Positions 1-9,389 of a stretch of 64,000 nt of DNA are shown here, piece after piece; within the stretch, counting starts at the first letter, position 1; every line of letters begins with the position of its first letter. Made by a program: the position numbers and the translations under genes. This stretch comes from Candidatus Anderseniibacteriota bacterium (GTDB lineage Bacteria > Patescibacteriota > JAUYIX01). The notes beneath the pieces were generated by a model. That model was given only the letters and a program-made list of their open reading frames with translations. It had not been told where the DNA came from and did no database searches. Where the stretch lies: NCBI GenBank assembly GCA_046350855.1, contig JAXLZM010000005.1, positions 9,331 to 73,330 on the forward strand. The letters run 5' to 3'.

Positions 1-1
1 C

Positions 2-928
2 TTTGATCTGCCCCGGACCTCCGACGAAAAAGTCGAGGACATCATCCGCACCAACATCGTGGCGCTCAAGGCGCTGATCGGCATCATGATCGGCCGCCTC
101 ACCCCCGAGGAAGACGCCTTGCTCGATCGCGCCCTCTACGACACCTACGCCAAAAAAGACATCACTCCCAACACCCAGAGTTTAGTTGAGGTGGAATTTC
201 CACTCATGCAGGACTTGCAAGAAGTCTTGGCCTCGACCGAGGGGTCTGAGAGTCTTGCCACGCGTCTGGCCAAGTTTACCGAGGGTACCTTTGCGGGGTT
301 GTTCAACAAGCCGACTAATGTGCAGATCAAAAAGCAGCTCGTGACCTTTAACATCCGCGACTTGGAGGATGAACTCCGACCGATTGGTATGTTCCTGGTG
401 CTCAACTTTATGTGGAACACCGTCCGGGCTGAACTCAAAAAGCGCATCCTGGTAATTGATGAAGCCTGGTGGATGATGCAGTACGAGGACAGCGCGCGCT
501 TTTTGTTCTCGATCGCTAAGCGGGCACGTAAGTACTACTTGGGCGTGACGACTATCTCGCAAGACGTGGCCGACATGTTGGCCTCCGACTTTGGTCGCGC
601 GGTCGTGTCCAACTCCTCGATCCAGATGCTGTTGCGACAATCGCCCTCGACCATCGATCAAATTCAAGAAGTGTTCCACCTGACTGATGGCGAAAAATTC
701 TTGCTACTTGAGAGCGATGTTGGAGAGGGAATCTTTTTTGCTGGACTCAAGCACGTCGCCATCAAAGTGGTCGCCAGCTACAGCGAGGACCAGATCATCA
801 CCTCCGACCCCAAACAGATCCTCGAGATCGAAAAAGCGAAGCGTGACTTTGCTGCTGAGGAGGAGCAAGGGGGCGCGCAACAAGCAGAGCCACCGGTTGA
901 GCCAGCGGGCGGCCCAGGAGGTGCCTAG
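2..928 (+). CDS. VirB4/TrbE/CagE-family type IV secretion ATPase, C-terminal fragment (gene continues upstream of window)
   Basis: Reading frame is open from base 2 with no upstream stop. It contains ILVIDEAWWMM (the VirB4 DEAW Walker-B-region motif) followed by RKYYLGVTTISQ (RK..TQ motif) and a C-terminal fold pattern typical of VirB4. Confidence 0.75.
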   Translation, partial: FDLPRTSDEKVEDIIRTNIVALKALIGIMIGRLTPEEDALLDRALYDTYAKKDITPNTQSLVEVEFPLMQDLQEVLASTEGSESLATRLAKFTEGTFAGLFNKPTNVQIKKQLVTFNIRDLEDELRPIGMFLVLNFMWNTVRAELKKRILVIDEAWWMMQYEDSARFLFSIAKRARKYYLGVTTISQDVADMLASDFGRAVVSNSSIQMLLRQSPSTIDQIQEVFHLTDGEKFLLLESDVGEGIFFAGLKHVAIKVVASYSEDQIITSDPKQILEIEKAKRDFAAEEEQGGAQQAEPPVEPAGGPGGA

Positions 929-3009
929 TGCGCACGCGGGCGGTCGGAGTACCGGTTTTGTTAGCGATTTTGTTGAGCAGTTTGCTCACGCTCGGTTTGC
1001 CGTTGCGCTCCTCGGCCCAACTCGAAAAAGACAACGACAGCGATGCCTACGATCAAGAAACCTGTAACGGCGTCTCGGAGGACGAGATGGAGGCCACCAA
1101 AGATGGTGCGGTCGAAAATCCCTTTGGGCCGATCGATTTACCGGGCAGCTCCTCTCGTAACGGCGGTAACGATCCGGATGCCTTTAGTCCTTTTCCTAAT
1201 GGGAGCTTTCAGCTGCCCTTTGAATTAGACTTTGGTGGCCAACAGGGAGGTGGCGGCGGTGGAGGAGGGGGTGGCCAAGCTTTTTCGTTTGTTCCGACCT
1301 ACACCAGTGACGAGGATAAACGGGTCAACGCTTCCTTTTACCCAGAGCCACAAGTCTCGCTGCAATTGGCCGATCCGACCGCCGTCCAGGGCGAGGAGGT
1401 CACCGCGACCGTCCAATATGACAGTTTTGCCGATCAGAGTGTTCCGGGACAAAACTTTTACACGGTCGCCTTTGTGGACGGTGTGTTTCTTAACGGCCAC
1501 ATGGCGGGTGGTAGCGCAGAAGCCCTCCAAGAGCTCAGTGTCGGTGGCGGCGGAGCGCGCGGGGACTGCAGTACGGTGAGCCGCAAGACGCAGAGCGACT
1601 CCGATGGTGATGGGATGGACGACGATTGGGAGATTCGCTACGGCCTCAACCCCAACGACCCGGGGGATGCCGGACAAGATCCGGATAAGGATGGCTACCT
1701 AGCCAACAATTTTATTAATCTCGATGGCGAGGCGGTTCAGCCCGCACCTCCAATTGCCGGGGCAGAGCTCGGGGATGGCAGCTTTAGCAACTATGAGGAG
1801 TACGTCTTGGATACCGACCCGCGCAATCCGGATACGGATGGAGATGGCACGCCCGATGAGGCGGATGCGGTTGGTTTGGGTCAGAGCGTCATCAAGTTTC
1901 CGGCCACCAAAACGCTGGGAGAACCGGCCTACAACCTGCACGTCATCGTTGTGGGGCGCACCCAAAAGAAGAACGAGGACGGTGACACGTTGATCAAGAT
2001 TGATTCGGCCACGCGCCAAGTCCAGACCGGCACGCGCGAGAACCTCCAAGTGCAATTGCAGTTACTCTCGGCTGCCGCCCCTGGCCAGACTTTGGTCGTG
2101 ACCTCTGAGCCCACCGGCACCGATCAGCGTGATTTACTCAATACCTACCGCTGGTCGATCGCTGGGCAACTCAACACCCAATCCAGCGGCCAAGGTCGTC
2201 GGACCCTCGAGTACCCTATCGATCGGGGAGTAGCAGTCGGCACCAAACTCCCTATTACTCTCGAGCTGATTAACAGCAAGACTGGGCAACTTGCTAAGGG
2301 TGCTCTCGATGTAGTGGTCGGCGACACGGTCTTGCTCAACTACGATCCGCTTACGGTCGAACAAAACGGTACAGCTCAAATCCAAGCACTGCTAACCGCC
2401 GAGCAACCGCGCGACGATTTTTTGTTCAACTGGACGGTTAACGATCAGCTCGTGCCAACCGCCTCGCGAGTAGGCGCTGATACGTTTGATTTGCCCATAG
2501 CTGGTCGGGGTGGCCAAGAACAAACGGTCAGCGTGACGGTCTATCGCACCTCTGACAGTGCCTTGATCGGCCAGAGTATGACCACACTCACCGTGCTTGA
2601 ACCAAGCGTGCAACTGGTGCTTACACCCGAGCAGCCCCGTAGCGGCGATCACCCGGTCTTGGAGATCACGGCCCAACATTTTGGCTCTAATACGCTCCAG
2701 TACTCCGCAACCGTAGATGGCAAAAAGCTCGAGACGACCGGCCCCTTAGTCAGCTTGCCCGCGGTCACCCAAGGAGAACACCATTTGGCGGTGACCGTGC
2801 GTTCGACCGAGACACCCGCCAGCGTCGCTAACGCGGAGCTTGTCTTTAACGTCACCGGTGCAGTCGTGATTAGCGCCCGTTCACGTACACCCAACGTGCA
2901 AGCGAGCTTGGTCAGCACTCCAGTTTTGGGAGCTGCCTCAGCCATCGCAGTGGGAGTCATTATGCTGGTCTTGGTCTATAGCAACCGCACTAAAGCCCAT
3001 CCCGCATGA
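928..3009 (+). CDS. Tail-anchored secreted/surface protein with thrombospondin type-3-like Ca-binding repeats, paralog 1 of 3
   Basis: Has an N-terminal signal peptide, a CNGVSEDE motif, a Gly-rich tract, DSDGDGMDDDWEIRYGLNPNDPGDAGQDPDKDGY and DTDPRNPDTDGDGTPDE (DxDxDG-type repeats), and a C-terminal TM helix. Start overlaps the upstream stop; ATGA coupling to the next gene. Confidence 0.7.
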   Translation: MRTRAVGVPVLLAILLSSLLTLGLPLRSSAQLEKDNDSDAYDQETCNGVSEDEMEATKDGAVENPFGPIDLPGSSSRNGGNDPDAFSPFPNGSFQLPFELDFGGQQGGGGGGGGGGQAFSFVPTYTSDEDKRVNASFYPEPQVSLQLADPTAVQGEEVTATVQYDSFADQSVPGQNFYTVAFVDGVFLNGHMAGGSAEALQELSVGGGGARGDCSTVSRKTQSDSDGDGMDDDWEIRYGLNPNDPGDAGQDPDKDGYLANNFINLDGEAVQPAPPIAGAELGDGSFSNYEEYVLDTDPRNPDTDGDGTPDEADAVGLGQSVIKFPATKTLGEPAYNLHVIVVGRTQKKNEDGDTLIKIDSATRQVQTGTRENLQVQLQLLSAAAPGQTLVVTSEPTGTDQRDLLNTYRWSIAGQLNTQSSGQGRRTLEYPIDRGVAVGTKLPITLELINSKTGQLAKGALDVVVGDTVLLNYDPLTVEQNGTAQIQALLTAEQPRDDFLFNWTVNDQLVPTASRVGADTFDLPIAGRGGQEQTVSVTVYRTSDSALIGQSMTTLTVLEPSVQLVLTPEQPRSGDHPVLEITAQHFGSNTLQYSATVDGKKLETTGPLVSLPAVTQGEHHLAVTVRSTETPASVANAELVFNVTGAVVISARSRTPNVQASLVSTPVLGAASAIAVGVIMLVLVYSNRTKAHPA

Positions 3010-5036
3010 GTAAGCGTCTGACACAGTTTGCCGTCTTGCTGATCGTCCTCACCCTGGCGCTCGGAGTACCGCGTCTCTCGCGTGCGACCGACCAGGATGA
3101 TTTGAGCGACGCACACGGTCAGGGTCCCTATGATGAGGTCTCCTGTAACGGTGCCAGTGAGGATGAACTCGACACGGGGGACCCGGCCGAGGATTTCTTT
3201 CCGCCTTTTCAGTTTGATACCAATGAACAGCACAACGACGGAGGTGGTTCGTTTACGGGGCAATACACCTTTCCGTTTAGCGACCAAGAAGTCTTTCAGT
3301 TGTTCAATCGGCGCTCCGAGCAGGCCACCGAGCCGCACGTCAATGTCACGATCGCACCTACCGAGGTCGAACCCGGCCAACCCGTCAGTCTGATCGCAAG
3401 CCTGGCCGACTTTAAAGACAACGGCAGCGCGCAAAACCTACAGTACGCAGTGGGGTTCTCGGTCGATGAGATCAGTCTGCAGGGCATTATGGCCGGTGGT
3501 AAAAAATTGCCGGAGAGTCCGACCGGCTCAAGCTGTGGACTGGTGACCCGTACACCCCAGGTGGATGGCGATGGCGACGGCATGGATGACAACTGGGAGG
3601 CCGCACACGGCCTCAATCCGACCGACCCGAGTGATGCCTTTGCGGACCCTGACAACGACTCGGCTGCGCAGTTTTATACCAACGGGGATGACGAGGAGCT
3701 CCAGGTTACGCCCGAGACGGCCGGTGGCCCAACCGGCGTCATGAACAACCTGGCCGAATTTACCTTTGACACTGACCCTAATCGGGCCGATACGGATGGC
3801 GACAGCATTACCGACGGTATGGAGATTATCGGGTTTGGTGGGCCGGCCGTTACCTTTAGTATCGAGCGACCGGTTGGTTCTGCCGTACAGGTACGCGCCT
3901 TTGCGGTGGGGGTCTCGGCCAAGCAAGATGCCGAGCAAGAGTTTAAAAATATCGTCAAACTCGATTCTTCGACCCGCACCTTTTTTATCAGCAATGGGGA
4001 GCACCTCAAGGGCCAGACTAAGACCCTCGAAGCCTTTACCGCGCCGGGCCAGACCGCTGTGATCGAGGCCCAGTTTGTCGGTTCCGAGGCCGAGCCTGAC
4101 TCCTTTGCCTATAGCTACGAGGTAGACGGTCAAGAGATCACTAATCCATCGCCCGCGCGCCATCGTTTGGAGGTTGCGGTCGATCCGACTCGGACACCCG
4201 GCACGACCATTCCGTATCAGATCGAAGCGGTCAACCCGGCTACCGGACAACTCGCGACCATGCGGGGGGTGATCCAGGTAGGGGAGCACCTGACCCTTGA
4301 GACCGATCCGGTCGAACCCGTCGCAGGTGGGCCGGTCACGGTGCGGGCGGTGTTGGCCTCGGGCCAAGATCCATTGCACTACTTGTACGAGTGGTCGCTC
4401 AACGATCAATTGGATGAACAAGCCTCTGGTATTGGCCGTAACGCGATCGAATTGACCGCTCCGGCGGCAAGTGGTGACGCGGTCACGGTGAACCTACGTT
4501 TGTTTTTAGTCGACACCAGTCAGCTGGTGGGGCAGGCGGCGTTGGATCTAGCGGCCAGTACACCGAGCGTAGCGCTCGAGGTGATCCCCGAGTCTCCCAA
4601 GCCTGGCGAGACCGTCACGGTCTTTGCACGGCCTAAGAATTTTCCGGTCAACTTTGATAGTGACGGCAACGGTGACAACGATGCGACACTACTTCGCTAT
4701 AGCTGGAGTGTGGATGGGAGCGAGCAACCCGTGCAGGAGAGCGCGGCGGGGTTCTCGAGCATCACTCTACCGGCGGGTGACCTCAATCAACAGCACAGTC
4801 TGAGTGTCCAGGTGCGCTCTGTCGGGGCTCACAGTGAGACGGCCGGAGCCGAGGCGAGCTTTACGACCGGGGTGGGCGTGACCGCTATCTCCGCACGGGC
4901 CCGAGCTGCGGGAGAAACTCTCTTGGCCTCGCTGGGTTCGGCCTTTCCACGCTACGGTGCGGCGGTGATTGCAGCCCTTGGTGTTGTCTCGCTACTCGGT
5001 TTGGCCTACTGGGGTCGCACACGGAGGACCGCATGA
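3006..5036 (+). CDS. Tail-anchored secreted/surface protein with TSP3-like repeats, paralog 2 of 3
   Basis: Has a signal peptide and the shared motifs CNGASEDELD, FFPPFQFD, VDGDGDGMDDNWEAAHGLNPTDPSDA and DTDPNRADTDGDSITDG, plus a C-terminal TM helix and basic tail. ATGA overlaps at both ends. Confidence 0.7.
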   Translation: MSKRLTQFAVLLIVLTLALGVPRLSRATDQDDLSDAHGQGPYDEVSCNGASEDELDTGDPAEDFFPPFQFDTNEQHNDGGGSFTGQYTFPFSDQEVFQLFNRRSEQATEPHVNVTIAPTEVEPGQPVSLIASLADFKDNGSAQNLQYAVGFSVDEISLQGIMAGGKKLPESPTGSSCGLVTRTPQVDGDGDGMDDNWEAAHGLNPTDPSDAFADPDNDSAAQFYTNGDDEELQVTPETAGGPTGVMNNLAEFTFDTDPNRADTDGDSITDGMEIIGFGGPAVTFSIERPVGSAVQVRAFAVGVSAKQDAEQEFKNIVKLDSSTRTFFISNGEHLKGQTKTLEAFTAPGQTAVIEAQFVGSEAEPDSFAYSYEVDGQEITNPSPARHRLEVAVDPTRTPGTTIPYQIEAVNPATGQLATMRGVIQVGEHLTLETDPVEPVAGGPVTVRAVLASGQDPLHYLYEWSLNDQLDEQASGIGRNAIELTAPAASGDAVTVNLRLFLVDTSQLVGQAALDLAASTPSVALEVIPESPKPGETVTVFARPKNFPVNFDSDGNGDNDATLLRYSWSVDGSEQPVQESAAGFSSITLPAGDLNQQHSLSVQVRSVGAHSETAGAEASFTTGVGVTAISARARAAGETLLASLGSAFPRYGAAVIAALGVVSLLGLAYWGRTRRTA

Positions 5037-7078
5037 GACGGTTTGTGTTGAGTTTGCTCGTCGTGCTCGTTGCAGGATTTTCTACCCTTGGTGGCCTGCT
5101 CCCGCTCCTGGTGCCACAAAAAGCCCAGGCCGTGCAAGCCCCAGAAAACGACGATATTTTTGATGTGGAGGCGTACAACGGAGCTCGCGAGGACGAGTTG
5201 ACTACCCGCCCCTTGGGCGAGTTCTTTCCGCCTTTTGATTTTAACTTTAGCTACAACTTTGACGTGGATGTCTCGGGAGGGGGCTTGTTTGGAGGCGGCG
5301 CCAACGCTGACGTCAACACTGATTTGCAATCCATTTTGCAGCCGCTCTTTACACCGCAAGAACAGTTCCAAAAACAGAGCAGCCGCTTTGAACCACCCCG
5401 GGCCAACATCACCCTCTCCACGGCCGGGATCCAGCCCGGAACGCAGCTCTCCGCTACCGCGCAGCCGCAATCGTTTAAGCAACAGGGCAGCGGCGAGGAC
5501 TTATTTTACGCCTGGGCTTTGGATACCGTCTCGCTCTCGGGGGTCGCGGCCGGGGCTGATCCGCTCGATCTCCCGCAAGCGTCCTCGCCGCGGGCCACGC
5601 ACTCTCGTGCAACTAAAACGGACAGCGATGGCGACGGAATGGACGACGATTGGGAGGTTCGCTATGGACTCAATCCCAATGATCCAAGTGATGCGGGGCA
5701 AGATCCCGATAGCGACGGCTACACTAACGACGTCTATAAAAACGAGAGCGGCGAGGTTTTGATTGTCGAACCCGCCACCTCGGCAGGACCGGCAGGCGGA
5801 CCCCTCACCAACCTCAAGGAGTACATTTGGGGCACCGATCCCCGTAATCCCGACACCGATGGCGATGGCTTTAGCGACGGCCAGGACATTGCCGGCTTGG
5901 GCCAGACTCAGATTTCGTTGACGGTTCCACCGGATGCCTCGGTTAACGATGCGCCAGTTTTGCGACTCACGATCTTGGGTCACTCACTCCAGGCCTTTGA
6001 ACAAGACAAGCCGCTCGTCAAACTCGACTCCAACACGGTTACGCTGACCGTGCGCGATGCCGAAAAACTTGATGTGCGCCTCGAGGCCAACAACGACGCG
6101 CCCGTGCCAGGGCAGGACGTCACACTCACGGCCACGCTTGGTCGTACGGATTTTCAGCCGGGGATTTTGTCCTACACCTGGTTTGTTAACAACGTGCCGC
6201 AGCAGGACGCCTCGGGGGAGAGTAAGTTCACCTATACCTACACTGTGCCAGAGACGGCTCAGCCGGGTGACGTAGTGTTGTTTAGTGTCACGGCGGTTAA
6301 CTTTGAGACCCGCCAGCAAGCCGAGGCGGAGCTCGAGATCCGTGTGGGAGAACTCGTGCAGCTCCAGTACGATCCGCAAAAAGTGGAGAGCGGTAAGGAT
6401 CTGACCGTGACCGCCACGATGGTCAATAACGCCGACCCAACCGATCTGGTGTTTCACTGGTCATTGGATGACCATGAACTCGACGATCAATCCGGTCAGG
6501 GTAAAACCTCGTTGACCGTGCCCATCCCCAAAGGTACGGGAGAAAAACACACCGTGGGCGTGCGCGTCACAACCCCCGAGGACTCAGCCGCTTTTGCCGA
6601 TAGCCAGACGACCTTGGAGGTGGCCCAACCCGCCATCAGCCTGGTCGTGGATCCGACCGCGGTCGCGCTGGGTGGTACCGTCACGGCCGTGGCCGTGCCG
6701 GAGCACTTTGCCTCGAGCGATTTACAGTTTTCTTGGACCATCGACAGCCAGCCCCAGCAGACCCAACCGAGCGAGAGTTCAATCGTGATTACAGCCAGTG
6801 ACTCCGGGACCCATACCGTTGGGGTACGGGTCCAGTCGGTGGGGCAGGGGGCCGAGAGTGCCACGGCCAGCGCTAGTTTTACCGTGGCGACTACCGCAGA
6901 GACGGCCTTGTCGGCCCCGGCCGGGTCTGGTGGTACTACTGCACCAGCTACCACGGTCGCCTCGGTGCGCCAGGCTTTTTTTGGTCGTCCGCTCAGCCTG
7001 GGGATCTTTTTTGGAGCGTTCTTTGTAGTGCTTGGTATAGTTACTGCGTTACTCATTCGCCGCAATGCGCTTTCTTAG
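5033..7078 (+). CDS. Tail-anchored secreted/surface protein with TSP3-like repeats, paralog 3 of 3
   Basis: Has a signal peptide, YNGAREDELT, FFPPFDFN, KTDSDGDGMDDDWEVRYGLNPNDPSDAGQDPDSDGY and GTDPRNPDTDGDGFSDGQD, plus a C-terminal TM helix (GIFFGAFFVVLGIVTALLIRRNALS). Confidence 0.7.
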   Translation: MRRFVLSLLVVLVAGFSTLGGLLPLLVPQKAQAVQAPENDDIFDVEAYNGAREDELTTRPLGEFFPPFDFNFSYNFDVDVSGGGLFGGGANADVNTDLQSILQPLFTPQEQFQKQSSRFEPPRANITLSTAGIQPGTQLSATAQPQSFKQQGSGEDLFYAWALDTVSLSGVAAGADPLDLPQASSPRATHSRATKTDSDGDGMDDDWEVRYGLNPNDPSDAGQDPDSDGYTNDVYKNESGEVLIVEPATSAGPAGGPLTNLKEYIWGTDPRNPDTDGDGFSDGQDIAGLGQTQISLTVPPDASVNDAPVLRLTILGHSLQAFEQDKPLVKLDSNTVTLTVRDAEKLDVRLEANNDAPVPGQDVTLTATLGRTDFQPGILSYTWFVNNVPQQDASGESKFTYTYTVPETAQPGDVVLFSVTAVNFETRQQAEAELEIRVGELVQLQYDPQKVESGKDLTVTATMVNNADPTDLVFHWSLDDHELDDQSGQGKTSLTVPIPKGTGEKHTVGVRVTTPEDSAAFADSQTTLEVAQPAISLVVDPTAVALGGTVTAVAVPEHFASSDLQFSWTIDSQPQQTQPSESSIVITASDSGTHTVGVRVQSVGQGAESATASASFTVATTAETALSAPAGSGGTTAPATTVASVRQAFFGRPLSLGIFFGAFFVVLGIVTALLIRRNALS

Positions 7079-7481
7079 ACTTTCCACTATTAGTACAAGC
7101 GTCAGCCTGAGCGTAGGCCTGTTCTTGGGTGCGACTCCCTTGGTGACGCACGCCCAGCAGCAAACCGATGCTTTTTGCATCAATCAAGCTTTTTATGCGC
7201 GCATCAGCCAGTACTACAACCTGGCGGTAGCCTTTGCGATTTTGGCGGCCATTTTTATGATCGTCTATGGCGGCTATCGCTTGGTCGTCTCGATCGGTCG
7301 CCCCGGTCTCATCGAGCAGGGCAAAAAGATGATCCAAAATGCCCTCATTGGTCTAATCATTGCGATCGTCTCGGCCGTGATCTTAAACATCCTCAACCCG
7401 CGCATTCTCAACCAAAATGGTGAACAGTGCGGCGCCGCCCCCAGTGCACTACATATTCAGACGGAGGTACTCTCAGCATGA
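7065..7481 (+). CDS. Small pilin-like protein (VirB2/TrbC-like topology: signal peptide plus two hydrophobic helices)
   Basis: 138 aa. Signal peptide ends THA/QQ. The mature part has helix LAVAFAILAAIFMIVYGGY, a basic loop IGRPGLIEQGKKMIQ, and a second helix ALIGLIIAIVSAVILNIL. It lies directly after the VirB4-like/surface-protein cluster. Confidence 0.5.
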   Translation: MRFLRLSTISTSVSLSVGLFLGATPLVTHAQQQTDAFCINQAFYARISQYYNLAVAFAILAAIFMIVYGGYRLVVSIGRPGLIEQGKKMIQNALIGLIIAIVSAVILNILNPRILNQNGEQCGAAPSALHIQTEVLSA

Positions 7482-8785
7482 GACGCTCGTATTTTTTCTT
7501 GATCGTAATCGTGGGAGGTATTCTGGCCGTCTTGACCACGCTCTTTTTTGTCTTTGACAACCCCTATCGCCGTCTCAACCCTGAGCCAACTCCCGTCGTT
7601 ACGGCCCCAACCCTGGACGATCAGCTGCCACCCAGTGCGGGCGAGGCCACCGACACCGAGTTGATCACCGTCCTGGAGCTACCGACCATTGGGTTGACCA
7701 CAGGGGTGGATGGACTGCGCTTAGTATTTTACGACAAGGACTCCAGCAAGATCGAAGTGACCGAGTTTGACGGCACCGGCCTACAAGAACTCTCCGACAC
7801 ATTGCTCGGGGTCGAGGCCATGGAGTTGTCTCCCGCCAAAGACAAGGCCTGGATGCGCTTGACCGACCCAGAGACCAAAGACCTAATCACACTGGTCTAT
7901 GACTTTAGGGCTAAAGAGGCGGTTCGGCTAGAGAATGGGATCAAGGCGATTGACTGGTCACCGGACGGGAGTGAACTGCTCTACTACGTCGACCGCAGCG
8001 GTAGCGCCCCGGCCCTCAAGCGCGTCAAAGCTAACGGCGTCGAGCCGCGTACCGTGCGCCAGGGCTTTACCGTACAAAACCCGGTCTTGGCCTGGTATGC
8101 CGAGGATCAGCTGGCCTATTGGCTGAGTCCCTCCTCGACCCGTCCGTCCTCCATCATCACGATGAACCTCTCTGGTAACAATGCCGTCGAGTTGGCCGCC
8201 ACGGCCCCTGCCGCCCAAGCTCTTTTTTCACCCGACGGCACCTACGCTCTGCTCGCCCAAAACAACCCCACCACCGGTAAGCCGCAACTTGCTCTCAGCA
8301 CGACCGCCGACCGTACCACTAGTGCCTTGCCGTTGACCACCTGGCTCGATAAGTGCACCTGGATGAACGACAGCGCCCGCATCCTCTGTTTTGTCCCGCG
8401 CGATCTGCCCGGAAACTTTGTCTACCCTGAGAGTGACACTGGAGCCAACGCCTACCGTGACCAGCTCTGGGTTATCGATGCCGCTACCGCCAAACCACAA
8501 TTGATTTACGACGTGCCGGGCTCGATCACGGACGCGACCAAGCCCTTTGCCTCCACCAACGGTAGCCGGCTGAACTTTATCTCCCGTGCCAGTGGCACGG
8601 TTGTCAGTCTGGAACTCGCCGATAAATTAGTGGCGCCCACCACGCCCAACGCTTCCACCAACCTGATCACTCCCGCCGGTGCCACGACCGCTCCCGGTAC
8701 GAGCTCGAGCTCAGGCGGGAGCGGTTCTGGTACGGGCAGTCTGCCAACCGGCAGTAGCACCAGTGGCTCAGGCACGACTTATTAA
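7478..8785 (+). CDS. Membrane-anchored WD40-like (PD40/TolB-type) beta-propeller protein with Ser/Gly/Thr-rich C-terminal tail
   Basis: ATGA overlap with the upstream gene. Has an N-terminal TM anchor and repeated DWSPDGSELLYY / FSPDGTYALLAQ PD40-like motifs. Start chosen at MRRSYFF (7478) rather than the 7427 ORF start. Confidence 0.6.
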   Translation: MRRSYFFLIVIVGGILAVLTTLFFVFDNPYRRLNPEPTPVVTAPTLDDQLPPSAGEATDTELITVLELPTIGLTTGVDGLRLVFYDKDSSKIEVTEFDGTGLQELSDTLLGVEAMELSPAKDKAWMRLTDPETKDLITLVYDFRAKEAVRLENGIKAIDWSPDGSELLYYVDRSGSAPALKRVKANGVEPRTVRQGFTVQNPVLAWYAEDQLAYWLSPSSTRPSSIITMNLSGNNAVELAATAPAAQALFSPDGTYALLAQNNPTTGKPQLALSTTADRTTSALPLTTWLDKCTWMNDSARILCFVPRDLPGNFVYPESDTGANAYRDQLWVIDAATAKPQLIYDVPGSITDATKPFASTNGSRLNFISRASGTVVSLELADKLVAPTTPNASTNLITPAGATTAPGTSSSSGGSGSGTGSLPTGSSTSGSGTTY

Positions 8786-8802
8786 TTTTGAGTAAAAGAA
8801 AA

Positions 8803-8828
8803 GGGCCACAGGATGAATCCTGTGGCCC
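8803..8828. terminator. Hairpin between convergent genes (bidirectional terminator candidate)
   Basis: Hairpin gggccacagg-atgaat-cctgtggccc. A T-rich run follows on the minus-strand reading, and an A/T-rich tract precedes it on plus. Confidence 0.5.
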
Positions 8829-8854
8829 AGTAAATAGCGAGGTTCTCGCTTAGG

Positions 8855-9322
8855 TTATCTCAACTGACGAGCCAAGTTGTTGGCCTGGCGGGTCTGTCGA
8901 GCTTGATGTCGCTTGAGCTCCTCCTTGTTGTAGGTCTCACGCGTCAGCCGCGCAGCCTGTTGCCCTCTCGTGGTCATCCGGTGTTCCACCCGGTTGCCCA
9001 GGTTCTCCACCGGATCCGTTGCCGCGATCACACTGGAGGTGATCGCGTACAGTCCAGGGTGCTGGAGCAACAGCTTGGCAGCACGGTTGTCCTGCAGGAT
9101 GACCTTGTACCTCTCGGTGATCTCCTTGAAGTCCCGGTTGGCCTCCGCCGTATACGGCATGACGATGTGTCGCCGATACGGTGCAAGCCGGTGAAAGAGC
9201 TCCTCCGCGACCAAGAGTTGGTTCTCTCGTTTTTCTGCCAACTCTTTGAGTTGTAGCGGTGTTTTGAGACGCAGTTCACGCTTTGTGGGCGTGACCAGGT
9301 GCAGTGCACTTGAACCTTCCAT
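8855..9322 (-). CDS. Hypothetical protein
   Basis: 155-aa ORF bounded by the hairpin terminator. No recognisable domain. Confidence 0.45.
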   Translation of the reverse strand: MEGSSALHLVTPTKRELRLKTPLQLKELAEKRENQLLVAEELFHRLAPYRRHIVMPYTAEANRDFKEITERYKVILQDNRAAKLLLQHPGLYAITSSVIAATDPVENLGNRVEHRMTTRGQQAARLTRETYNKEELKRHQARQTRQANNLARQLR

Positions 9323-9389
9323 TGCTACCTCTAGTACCTAGCCGAACCTTGCCAACGTGTGGATTGCTCGATAGGGTCTCCTTTCCGGG

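Noticed and set aside
687-1067. 126-aa ORF overlapping the end of the VirB4-like gene and the start of paralog 1
   Set aside because: Out-of-frame overlap with two well-supported genes. Arg/Ser-rich composition.
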